From: Callorhinchus milii
Taxonomy: Eukaryota
Reading direction: 5' to 3'
DNA: 64,000 bases
Assembly (NCBI RefSeq): GCF_018977255.1
Contig: NW_024704743.1
Location: forward strand, 13,828,001 to 13,892,000
Positions 13,405-25,074 of this stretch are shown here, piece by piece. A model generated the notes under the pieces. That model was not told the origin of the DNA. It saw only the letters and a program-made list of their open reading frames with translations, and did no database searches. Each line of letters begins with the position of its first letter. Position 1 is the first letter of the stretch. Position numbers and translations under genes: made by a program.

Positions 13405-15005
13405 AAATTACATTTGTAAAGCGCCTTTCACGTCAGGAGGGACAATAAGGGATTAGGACCCAAGTGGGGGAGGTGTTGCGATCAGGGAGGGTGGAGGGCA
13501 GAGATGGTAGGAGGGTGGCCAAAGGCACAGACAAAAAGGAGGGTCTTGAGGCATGCCTTGAAGGAGGCAAGGGAAGGAACGACGTAGATGAAATGTGGAA
13601 TGGTGTTCTAGAGGGTGGGGGCAGAAAGGCTGAAGGCCCAACCGCCGAAGGTGGGGTGGGCCGGGTAGGGCACATGGAGCAGGCCGGAGACTGCTGAGTG
13701 GAGGGAGCGGAGAGGTTGATAAGGTCGGAAAGGTAGGAGGGGCAAGGCAATGGAGGGCTTTGAAGGTGAAGACAAAAAATTTGAACTTGATCCACTGAGG
13801 GATGGGGAGCCAGTGGAGCCGGGTGAGGGTGGGTGCGATGGGGTCACAGAGCCTGATGTGGGAGAGGACATAAGCTGCAGATATCTGGATGATCTGCAGC
13901 TTGTGGAGGGAAGAGTTCAGAAGGCTGACAAGCAGGGCATTGGTGGAGTTGAGCCTGGCTGTAATGAAGGCATGTACGAGGGTTTTGGCAGCCTGAGAGG
14001 TGGGGCAGTGGCAAAGTCGGGCAATGTTGCGGAGCTGGGGGACGGCAGAGTGGGTCATGGCACAAACGTGGGCGAGAAAGGATAGTTGAGGGTTGAACAA
14101 GATGCCTAGGTTCCTGACTGGCTTGGTGAGGTGAAGTGTGCATCCTTGGATGCTGATACTGTAAGTGTCACTGCCAGGTGTGGAGGCGCTGGCACAAGCA
14201 AATCAAGAGAGCCTCGGTCTTGCTGATGTTCAACTGTAGAAGGTTGGCTCTCATCCAGGACTTGATGTCTGACAGGCAATCTGCCAGGACATCAGTGGTC
14301 CTGGGACCAAGTGTGAAGGCAGAGAGATAGAGTTGGATGTCATCTGAGTACATGTGAAAGTTGACCCCATGTCTGCGGAGGAGTCACCAAGAGGGAGCAT
14401 GTACCGGTTGAAGAGGAGAGGACCGAGGACAGAGCCCTGAGGAACACCACATGAGACAGTGCAGGGGCTGGAGGAGAAGCCATTTATGGAGACAAAGTGG
14501 AGCCAGTGTGAGTGATAGGATCTGAACCATTCAAGGACAGAACCTTGAAAGTTAAGTTGAGAGGAAAGGCGGTGGAGGAGGTTAGGGTGGTCCACAGTGT
14601 CAAAGGCAGCAGAGAGGTCGAGGAGGACAAGGAGACAGAGGAAACCCTGGTCACAGATGCACAGAATGTCATGTCACCTTGATCAGGGTTGTTTCCATGC
14701 TGTGGGCAGGACCGAAACCCGATTGGAGGGGTTCGTAAAGGGAGTGGCAGGAGAGGAAGGAGTGAAGCTGGGAAGCAACCGCTCTTTCAAGGACCTTGGA
14801 AAGCAAAGGAAGGTTGGAGATGGGGTGGTAGTTATTGAGTAGGGATGGGACCAGGAAAAGGTCTGTTTTTAGGGGGACAGGAACCATGCCAGTTCACAGG
14901 GAGAGGTTAATAAGGTCTGAGAGTAAAGGGGCAAGGAGGTGAAGCTGGGAGGTAAGAAGAGGGGTAGAGATGGGGTTGAGTGAGCAGGTGATGGGCTTCA
15001 TGCTG
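13405..15005 (-). mobile_element. L2 LINE 3' ~1.6 kb, degenerate
   Basis: Motifs [52 protein letters not shown]2 tail near 13410. Confidence 0.92.
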
Positions 15006-15234
15006 GTACGTATGGAATTGGGTTTAGGGAGGGATATCGAACAGTTAGCCATTCATTCAAGTTGCCAACTAGACAAACTCATGTCAGTTGCCTGCAAAAT
15101 ACACAGTCACTACACTTTACAGTAAAGTGCTCTGAGACATTTCAATGACATGATAAGGAGTTATATTGAATACAAGGATCATTATTTACCACACAAACCG
15201 TGGCAAGTACCAAACAATTGACCGCAAGACTCAC

Positions 15235-15389
15235 CTATTTCACCTGGGACTTCCTTGCCATGAAAACGGAAACACGTTGAGACATTTAGACAGGTGACTG
15301 GCTGGAAACCATCATGACACTGCGGGGCTGTGATGTTAAGGGACTCGGGAAGGAGAATGGTGATCTCCACGGTGATAACTGGACGGGCT
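15235..15389 (-). CDS. ITGA9: ITGA9 exon ~14 (155 nt): (R)ARPVITVEITILLPESLNITAPQCHDGFQPVTCLNVSTCFRFHGKEVPGEI
   Basis: Acceptor gcccag|A and donor ATAG|gtgagt; start of the thigh domain. Confidence 0.95.
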
Positions 15390-17234
15390 CTGGGCAGGTG
15401 GGAAAAAAGATAAGAGATCATCAATAGTGGATCAACAAACTATCTATATTGCCTATACATCATTCCCTTCTGTTATACACAAGGATCCCAGAAAGACAAT
15501 CCAGGGAAAGAGCTAAGATGGACGGTTGCGGAAGGGGGTGGGGGGTGGTCGCAGTCCACATTTTGCTGATTTGGCTCCACCTTCAGCCTCCTCCCAATAT
15601 GCCTTTGATTGGCGGTCTGGGTTGTCAGTCACGGTCAAGAGGCAGGATAAAGGCCTATGATTGAGGTGGACCACAGTGCCCACAGCACAGCCACAACGAC
15701 ATCCTTCAAAGGCACGTTGCCATTTGCGTCAAGATTCAAAAGGGCAATGCGATCGGGAATTGGCCAACTGCTGCATTAGAACGGGACTCTGTTGTAACAT
15801 GTTAAAAACAGTCTCGGTGGGTCTGTGGTATTTATGCACCGTCTAGCAAGAGTCATCAACCTGAAAAATCAAACAACACTAACAGATTTTCTGTTACGAA
15901 ACCATGTGCACTTTTAATTGAAGTTTTCTTCATGGCAGCAAAAACACACAACCAATTCGAAGGCATGTGTTTGTGTTTCTTGCCTGTTTTGCCACTTCTC
16001 ACTTTCAGACGATCCTGCATTCACAGAGCTCTCGCTCTCTCTCACACACACACACGTGCAGTACGCTGAGGTCGCTCTGGCCATTCCTGTGGGTCTTTCC
16101 AAAACAGCTTCACAAGAGCAAAGCAAGCAGCTCTATCATAAGAGGGCCAGACATTGGGGAATTTTAGCAATGTATCAATAGCGCTTGGCAAGTGGTGTAT
16201 TATTCTTGGCAACCCTTATTATTGAAACTACTGGCCAGGCTTATGGGTTTTATTTACACGAAGCACAGCTTTATTTGAAGCGGCCTTTATTATTATAAAA
16301 AAAATTTCAGTGGGTTTATCATACTGTTTTGCTCAGCCAATAATACATAATGATTTTATCAGACAGATACTTTGAGAGTGGCTACATGCATATCGACTAT
16401 CAAAGTTCACCCAGGGAGCTTTGGATATCTAGGCTTTATGCTTGTTTGATCCAAGTCAGTTTTATAAACTGAAAAGTAAATAATCTTTATGAGGTTCAGC
16501 TAGTTCAGAAGTTTGTCTGTCTGATTATATATATTAAGCAATTAATGTGCAGAGACTACAGGTTGTAAGGCCAGAGGAAATTGGAGGGAGAAAAAACGTT
16601 TACAAATGTGGGAATTTAATTGAACAAATTTCAGTGACTCTGCTGCCTTTCACACAACCTGACTCAAAACATGTCAAAAAGATATCATGCCATAACTGCA
16701 CTGCTTCTGCAACAACATTGCTGTAAGGCATCTTGTGCTCACAATCTGAGGCACGCTGCAATGGTTGGCACAAGGCAGAGGCAAAGCATTTCCCCACTGG
16801 GAGACCGGCAAAGGAGTTAATTCAAGAGTGGCCTTGGAATAGCATGCTCTCAGACAAGCAAAAATGCACAACATTAGTACAATGCTAACAGTAATTAGTT
16901 TGTCAGGCTATATTTAGGAGTTTTAACTTAGGAAAATGCCCCAAGATGTCAACCATGATCTTGGCACCACAACCAGGGAATTAACCATATAAAGAGGATA
17001 ACAATTCTAGTGAGCATTACACACAATGCCTGTGGCATCTTGACCTCCATGAGGATTTCCCATTACAGTCGTGCAGAGCTGCACATAAGGCTCACTGGAA
17101 CTCTTCTCTGAAAGAACTTCATATGGTCCAGCTTCCTGGGTTAGTTTTTAATCAAACGGCAAGTGACCAGCTGATCAGGGGTCCAGCTGATCACCACTGC
17201 GGGAGAATGGGAGGTTGGGAGCAGCACGGTGAAT

Positions 17235-17345
17235 CCACTGCCTGTACCAGTGTGTGTGAGTGTCTGTACCAGAATGTGTGAGTGTCTCTACCAGTGAGTA
17301 CTATTGCCTGTACCAGCGAGTACGAGTGCCTGTACCAGAAAGTAC
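17235..17345. repeat. Short degenerate minisatellite (~20-nt gcctgtaccag(tg)n units)
   Basis: About 5 units of ct[g/c]taccag. Confidence 0.7.
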
Positions 17346-17832
17346 AGTTAAGTGTTTAGTAATCAAAGGAGATCAACGAACACATCAGTTATCCATATTT
17401 GAATACCTGACCTTACCTCCTTATCATAGATGTCTGGATGTGTTTTGACTGTGCTGTTAAATCACTAAATGCATAGTACATGGAAATGACAACTAGATTT
17501 ACCATGATATCTTCACAATTGAAATCCAACAACGTTTTGTGTGGAAGCTTCTAATCAAATGGTCATACCTATTCACTTTTTAAACTCATTGTTTCTTATG
17601 CATGTCACAATCTGTCTGCATTGTGCAATGGGAATGAAAATAAGTGCTGGATTGATCTGGATTGTGTGACAAGCCATTGTTTCACGCTGCACTGATATGC
17701 CTTAGAGTTATTCAAAAGGAGTGAATATAATGAATTAGTTTAAAAACACAAATTTGCAAAAATCTAATCTGACAGGGAGTTTGACTGTGGCCATGTATAT
17801 AAATGTACCACATCATTTAAAGGATTTATTTT

Positions 17833-18608
17833 AACAACAACAATAACAAAGTTACATTTATAAAGCCTCATTCACGTCTGGAGGACGTCCCAAGGTGCTG
17901 GACGAACAGTTACGGACCTGAGCTGGGGTTTGGGGTGGGGGAGGGTTGAGGGCAGGAGGGGAAGCAGGGAGATCAAAAGCACGGTCCAAGAGGAGGGTCT
18001 TCAGACAGGTCCTGAAAGTGGCAAGGGAGGGGGCAAGGCAGAGGGACTGCGGGATGGAGTTCCAGAGGGTGGGGGCAGTGTGGCGAAAGGCCCACCCGCC
18101 AATGGTGGGGTGAGCGAGGCGGGGGACGTGAAGCAGGCCGGAGCCCGCTGAGCGGAGGGAGCGATCAGGATGATAGGGGGTTAGGAGGTCACAGAGGTAG
18201 GGGGGTGCAAGACCATGGAGGGCTTTGAAGGTGAGGACCAGGATATTGAACTGTATCCTCTGTGTGACGGGAAGCCAGTGGAGTTGGGCGAAAATGAGGG
18301 TGATAGGGTTGCGGAGCCTGGTGAAGGAGAGGACATGGGCTGCAGAGTTCTGGATGATCTGCAGTCTGTGGAGGGAGGATTTGGGGAGGCCGACAAGCAA
18401 TAAGTTTGTATCGTCGCGGCTCGACGTAATGAAAACATGTATGAGGGTTTCTGCGGCCTGTGGTGTGAGACAGTGATGGAGCCGGGCGACGTTGCGGAGG
18501 TGGGGGAAGGTAGAGCGGGTCATGGCGCAGATGTGGGGTAGAAAGAAAGCTGAAGGTCAAACAAGACCCCAAAGTTCCAGACTGGCTTAGCAAGGTGAAG
18601 TGTGCAAC
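17833..18608 (-). mobile_element. L2 LINE 3' fragment
   Basis: ORF 17858..18523 is the L2 ORF2 C-terminus; (ttg) tail present. Ends ~35 nt from the exon 13 donor. Confidence 0.92.
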
Positions 18609-18643
18609 AATGGATTTAAATAGAATAAGCAAGAAATTCTCAC

Positions 18644-18689
18644 CTCAATAGAACCACGTTGTCCGACATAAAGGCACCAATAGTAAGAT
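18644..18689 (-). CDS. ITGA9: ITGA9 exon ~13 (46 nt): (D)LTIGAFMSDNVVLL(R)
   Basis: Read manually. Acceptor ccctcag|AT and donor TTGAG|gtgaga; end of the beta-propeller. Confidence 0.93.
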
Positions 18690-19289
18690 CTGAGGGAAAA
18701 GGAGACAAGTTGATCAAATGTGAAATCCTCTGCTGCAATGTTTAGCCATGATACAGAATACACACAGTGCAGAAAAAGATCTCAAAGTGCACAGCATGTG
18801 TAACAGCAGGCAGAGTCTAACAAGCAGACTGTAAAAGGCGAGCACTGCTCAGTTATGGTCATCTGTATTGTTTTTCTTTGCCTCAGCACCTGCGTTCTTC
18901 ACCAGAGCTACTGTAAAGTACATTTTAATAATCCGAAACATTGTATAAGACATGGGCCAAATGCTCAAACTGGTGTTTTACCAGTAAAGTACCGGGTTTA
19001 TAATGGAGCCTAATGTATGGAAATTTCCAGCAGGATTTCTCAGTAAGAAAACTGAGTGCGGATTCTTTACAGCAATCAGATGTATGTTACAAATACTTGT
19101 AAGAATTCTGCTCCAGAGGTAGATCGCATTAGGTAAATGCAAGGATTAGGTTGAATTTCCCAAAATATTTTGTTTCCTCATAACAGTAAGAAATTTCATG
19201 GAAGGAATCTAATTAGAAATTGTTGCTTTTTTATTAAATATCTTTTATATCCTTTTTTATTAAAGGAGGATTAACAAGATATTCACTGT

Positions 19290-19727
19290 TATAATAATCC
19301 TTGCATCTGAAATAGTGCCCTATTATATCAAGATGATTTAAAGGGCTTCATTGGAATTACTGTACAGTGTAGTGACTCTATATTTGTAGGTGAATGTGGC
19401 AGCCAATTTGGAACACAGCAATGACCCAAAACAGCCATGGAGTGAATGACCAATTTTATCTGGGTATTGTTAGTCAGGACACAAGGAGAAACTCCATTCT
19501 CTTTTCAAATAGTGCCATGAGATCTTTAATGTCCACCTGAACAGGTAGAGGAGACTTTGTTTTTTTAACATCTTATCTGCAGAACAGCACCTCCAACAAT
19601 GCGGTACACCCTTAGCAAAGCATTGGAGTGTCAGCATAGACTGTAAGGGTTCTAAGTCCCGACGTGAGGCTTAAACCCACAATCTCCTAAGACAGACGCA
19701 AAAATGTTACCAACTCAGCCAGGCTGA
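19290..19727 (-). mobile_element. Full-length old DeuSINE (SacSINE1-like)
   Basis: Reverse complement has a tRNA-like head (agcctggctgagttggtaaca), the Deu block (caggtggacattaaagatctcatggcactatttgaa) and an L2-type tail. Confidence 0.75.
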
Positions 19728-21154
19728 CACACGATGGTAGGAGCTTCATCTGTGTCTGAGCAGCTAATGAAGCATGTCCAATAATGAGCATTCATCAGTA
19801 CAAAAACGTGCCCAATTGCTATTACAAGGTGAATAAATTGGCCTTATTATTTGAGATGATAAAGAGATTCATGTGTTTTTTACCAAAAACAGCTAGAGGA
19901 GGCACAAGGATATTAATTAGCACCATTATAGTATAAATCCAGGCCCCACCACCATTACAGTATTAGTCCAGGCAGTGCACATTGTGGGTTTTCACCCATA
20001 AATACACAGTAGACCCTGTGAAGCACTTTGGGACATCCTCCCGGGGTGAAAGGCACCATACCAAATGCAAGGATTATTATTATTATTGATTCGACCGCCA
20101 CTCAAAATTAGTACTTAAGAATTAAAGGACCATTTATCATTTTAAAACGTATATTACCTGTCTGTCTTCTTTCTCACTTTAAAAATATTCTGGGTCAGCC
20201 ATCACTTAGTGTAGCTTGCTACAGCACCTGGTAAACGCGATTATTCAAGCAGGAAATGGAAAACAGGCTTCCTTCTTCTAACCATTGTACTGCTGGAAGG
20301 GATGAGGAATCGCATCCAGTTGTATAAACTGGTCACAAACTCCAACACCAGCAGGAAGAGGACTTAGACACGGATTCAGCGATAAATGTGTTTGTAATGG
20401 ATTATTTATAAGGAAACAAATCACTGTATTCAAGAAAATATTCTATCTAATGTGCCTATCACATAAGGTTATATAGGATGCTATGGAACGGAACCTGATC
20501 ATTTGTCCCAACTAGTTTGTGCCAGTGTTTGTACTCCACACCCCCCACCCACACACTCCCTTCTGTTGGTTTCTCCCTTGTGCATGCAAAAGTTATCCTT
20601 TCTAACTGACTCCAGTGTCTGTAAATTAAGTCACATGGTTCACAGTGTTCATTTAATGAACAGTGTCATTACTTCATTCAGTACCATGTTAGTTTTAGAG
20701 CCTTTCTTTGTTACACTTTATTCTATATATGTTTGACATTCGATTTTTAATTTGCTTGTGATGCACAAGTTAAATAACCAGATGTTTGTAACCTAACATC
20801 ATAGTGTTAGTCTGTAGCGTTAACTGGAATTAAGCAAGAAAATAAAGCATGGAATGAGAAAAGACCATCATTGCATCAAATCCCATTTTCTCCACATATC
20901 TCACACTGTTGGCCCTACAGTGGTCCCTAATTCATTTATTTTTTATCCCCCAACGGAAGGTTCTGTATCTTCTCGCTCTGATCCTCAAAGTGAACCTTCT
21001 AACCTTATGACCTGCAGTATTCAATCCAACCCAGCTGTTTTCCACAAATGACACTTCAATGATCCCAACAGCACAGAAACGACAGTTTTGTGTTGATGGA
21101 GTGTTTAATCTGGGTACTTACTTCACACATTAGTGCTAAATCTTTGTCCCAACC

Positions 21155-21187
<33 letters not shown>

Positions 21188-22324
21188 ATTTATTTCTGTA
21201 GATCTTAACAGATTGAGCATCAGCTACTTTTGTCTGTGGCACGATAGTGCCATGAGTTAGCATAGCAGAAATGGCACCATAAACTTGACTGGCACAGGAT
21301 TGCGCAGAGGTGTTTATCCCGATTTCAGTTCAGAAATAAATATCTGTGAGAATATACAATGAGTATAGTGCTTATAATGACCCAGAGATGAGTGTTATCA
21401 ACTGAGCTTAGAACAACCAAGTGAGAATAGTGAAAACAGTGCTTTTGATGACCCAGAGCTCAGTGTTACTAACTGGGCGGAGTTGATACCTAGTGATTTA
21501 TCAGAGGCAAACATTTGGTAAGGATGGCTGGTAGAAGAGTGGGAAGCTAAGGAATAGCTCAGCCCTACTGGCCATCATTAGAAACTTCAGTGCTGACCAA
21601 AGTATAGGCAGATGCTGTTATAGCAGTACAACACTGGCTCAGTTATAACATGGTAACACTGACTAACACTAGACAGACTTTTTCTGCACCCGGTACATAA
21701 GAGTGGGGATTGTGGCAACCCCAGAGGTGAGTGAGGGTAGCCACACTATAACACACATAATCCATTATATCAATTAATCCATTTTAAGGACCCACAACTA
21801 CTGCTTTATAACAGGGATGGATGTTGTATCTCTAGCTTATACAGAGATTCAGGGGTTGCTGAAACTATACGTGAAATAATGTATCAATCTTAAAAAGACA
21901 GTCAGTGCCATTCCCTGGAGTTGTGCCTCCGATGTAGAGAAGCTTAAATTAAATGTCAGTCATTTCTTGTGCCAATGATGAAGCTGGAACATCTGGTACA
22001 ATTGGAAATCTCTTTTCGTCCATTTTATAACTCAATACAATCTCACTAATCCTCTCTGCACTTCCCAGTCAATTGCAGCAGATACCTTGCTTCATCAGAC
22101 CTCTCAGACTTCTAAAGTATGAGCATGTTACTTCAAAATATAGTGAGAATGCTCCCAAAAACAGAGGTTGCAGAGATTTCTGTGCAAAAAAATCTGTGCA
22201 AAAGAATAGAAATTTAGGAACAGGAGTAGGCCATTCATCCTGTTAACTGGTGAGAACAACCTGAACTCCAGAATGAACCCTGGAGTTGGATGTGAAGAAA
22301 TTAGTTGGCAGGTATTACGAAAGG

Positions 22325-22562
22325 CAAAGTACTGCACATACTGGAAATCTGCCATAAACACAGAAGTCCCTGGGAACACGCAGCAGGTCAGGCAGCATCC
22401 ATGGAGAGAGGAAAATTAGTTCATGTTTCATCAGGACTCCTCTCTGACCTTTTGTCAGTTCTGACGAAAGGCCATAGACCTGAAACATTAAATCATTTTC
22501 CGCTCTCCATCGATGTTGCCTGACCTGCTGCATGTTCCCAGCAACTTCTGTGTGTACGGCAG
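22325..22562. mobile_element. Penelope-type palindromic element with decayed hammerhead motif
   Basis: 82-nt arms 22349-22430 and 22481-22562 (~11 mismatches by hand). The centre contains agtt-CTGACGA-aagg..cct-GAAAC. Confidence 0.7.
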
Positions 22563-22754
22563 TTATTACAGTTTTGTTGCTCTAGTAGAAATCCTCATAG
22601 ACTTGCACAGTCCTCTTTCGTTGTGCTTGTGTAGGACTAAATATCCACCTGTACTTCAAACAAACTTTAACACAAGCTGGAGAGTATAAACAGCAAAGCC
22701 TACTCTCTAATAGAAAGCAACTACATAGATGTTTCAGTCTACAACCCAACATGT

Positions 22755-23080
22755 GGAGTCCTGTAGCTCAGTGGTTAGAGCACTCGCTTTGCAAGCGAGA
22801 GACCTGAGTTCAATTCCAGGCAGGTCAGGGCGAAACCTTGGGCAAGTTTCCTTACTCCACACAGAGCCTAATAATAATCCCTCCAAAACCAAAAACAATA
22901 ATAAATTGGTCATTTTCAATCTACGACTGTTTGTGGGACATTGCTGTGCGCAATTGGCTGCCGCGTTCGCCCACAAATATATAGTCAATTCACTTTACAG
23001 TATATTCTGTGAAGCGCTTTGGGACGTCCTCCCGACATGAAAAGCGCTACATCAAATGCAAGGATTATTATTATTATTAT
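22755..23080 (+). mobile_element. Young tRNA(Ala)-derived SINE, short form
   Basis: A box tagctcagtgg, anticodon arm ctcgc-tttgcaa-gcgag, B box gagttcaattcc, Deu-like block, L2-type stem-loop and (tta)n tail. Nearly identical to 56273-56584. Confidence 0.92.
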
Positions 23081-23202
23081 GGAGTTAAAGGTAAAAATAA
23101 GCCAATTTCTGCAAATTAACAGCTCTCCCTTCAAGTCCAAATTTTGAAGACAATCAGCAAGAGATGCCACAGAATCAAACACTTGGCTTCCGTCTCACAT
23201 AC

Positions 23203-23293
23203 CTGGATAAGCATTTCCATCCATGTCCACTCCTCCTGAGATTGATTGGCCAAACATTCGCAACAATGGACTGATCATCTTCCCAGACAGCCT
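23203..23293 (-). CDS. ITGA9: ITGA9 exon ~12 (91 nt): RLSGKMISPLLRMFGQSISGGVDMDGNAYP
   Basis: Read manually. Acceptor cttccag|AGG and donor CCAG|gtatgt. Confidence 0.95.
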
Positions 23294-23798
23294 CTGGAAG
23301 AGTCAAGGTGCAAGAGAGATTAGACAAACAAAAAGATAAATCTTCATTCAGTCAGCAGAGTCCTCTGGATCAAAGATCTGTGGATAACAAATCTGTTGAT
23401 ATCATCCAACATATCCAATACCTGGAGTGGGTACAAGTTACAAGGCATGGACTCTATCTATGGTAGTAAGAGCATAATACATTTCTAGATAAGATATTGA
23501 ATAGCTCAGTTATGAAACAGCTCAATTATTAAGTCCTTTCCTAATGTTGATTGTTCACAGTGCTGAACCTATAGCTCGGTATAGTAACGCATTGATATTG
23601 TCATGATGCCACTCTGGGCTTTAAATGGGCCACGTTGGATATTCCAAGCAACAATAAAACATACAGTAGGGTCTAATTTTCAGCATTTCCTAATAGGATA
23701 TGTTTATTTAGCACATTTCTAAGGCATTCTTCAGCACATTGGATAATTATATAATGTATTTTGTATTAAGAAATATTGCATGTTAGACCCCAGGGACT

Positions 23799-23952
23799 AT
23801 CTGAAACAAAAGCAGAAGTCGCTGGGAACGCTCAACAGGTCATCGACCCAAAACGTTGACCACTTTCCTTTCTCTATAGATGCTGCCTGACCTGCTGAGT
23901 GTTCCCAGCGACTTCTGTTTTTGTTTCAGATTTCCCGCATCTGCAGTATTTT
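23799..23952. mobile_element. Second Penelope-type palindrome, internally deleted
   Basis: Arms 23799-23842 and 23888-23931; same family sequence gatgctgcctgacctgctgag. Confidence 0.7.
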
Positions 23953-25074
23953 TCACCCAGTGACTATCTGTTTGGCAATGAGTGCAATTCATCTCTCTTT
24001 GGGTTGGAAAAGTTTTCAAACCCAGAAACCAGCATCATCCCCATTGCTCCTTTGAGCATGGAAAAATAAAAAAATCCTTGCATTTGCGTTAGCACTAATC
24101 TGCGTATGAGTGCTGTGGCAGGGATCAATTTATTTCGCTGGTAAATAAGGCAGTGGAAACGCAATCCATTCATTTGAGGTTAAGATGGATGCCAATAAAT
24201 TCTTTCACTTCCTAGCACCTCCCTATTTCTCCGACCTCCTCCTACCCGCCCTACCTCTGCAACTATTGGTAAGCAAGCTTTCTGATTCTACACTCCTAAC
24301 CTATGGAACTCCCTCTGGAACTCCCTTTCTCGCGCTCAATCTATATCTGTCTTCAAGTCCTACCTTAAACCCTATGAATTTGTCACGCCTATGAGCACCT
24401 CTCTTCCCCCATCCCCTCTGCTCGGTGTCCTTCACTGCTACTGTAAAGCCCTCCGAGACTACATGACCAGCACTACATTACTGCAAATTGTTGTTGTTGA
24501 CAGTGTGCTACTACAAAGGAGCATGTTTAATCGGTACAGGTTAATCAGTTCTTTATTCCTCCTCATTGAATTTAGAAGTAATATTTTTACACAACAGTTA
24601 CTCAAATGTATGAATAGATTGGATGATCACAAATGTTTTTTGAAGCAAAGTCCATAACAAAAGTTGAAGAGGAATTGGGATAAACCTTTGAGGAAAAAGA
24701 AGGCAGTTTCTCCCAGTGACCTGGCCAGAGAAGATCAGGGATTAAATCTGGGACCTTTCCTGTGTGTTTGCCACACATCACAAGCTATATACTTACTGAA
24801 TTGACAGGGGAGTCTGGCACTGATCCTGACCAGAAGGGATATGGCAATCTTGTTTACATGTTGCTGTGTGATGACAAATGGTAAAAGCAATAGTTTTGAG
24901 CAGTACTGTGCTGGAAAGCCCTGATTGATTCAGTCATTTAGAGCATAACAGCACCAGTAATTCAAACACAATAAACTACTTTGTTTCTCTCAATCCAGAA
25001 AGTGTCTGTGCTTTTGTTTTATATTCCTCAATAACAGCATTAGATAAACTCTGGATTCCTCCATACACACACAC

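Noticed and set aside
22755..22830. tRNA-Ala gene (also at 56273 and 39517)
   Set aside because: The acceptor stem is poor and the sequence continues into a SINE body and tail; these are SINE heads.
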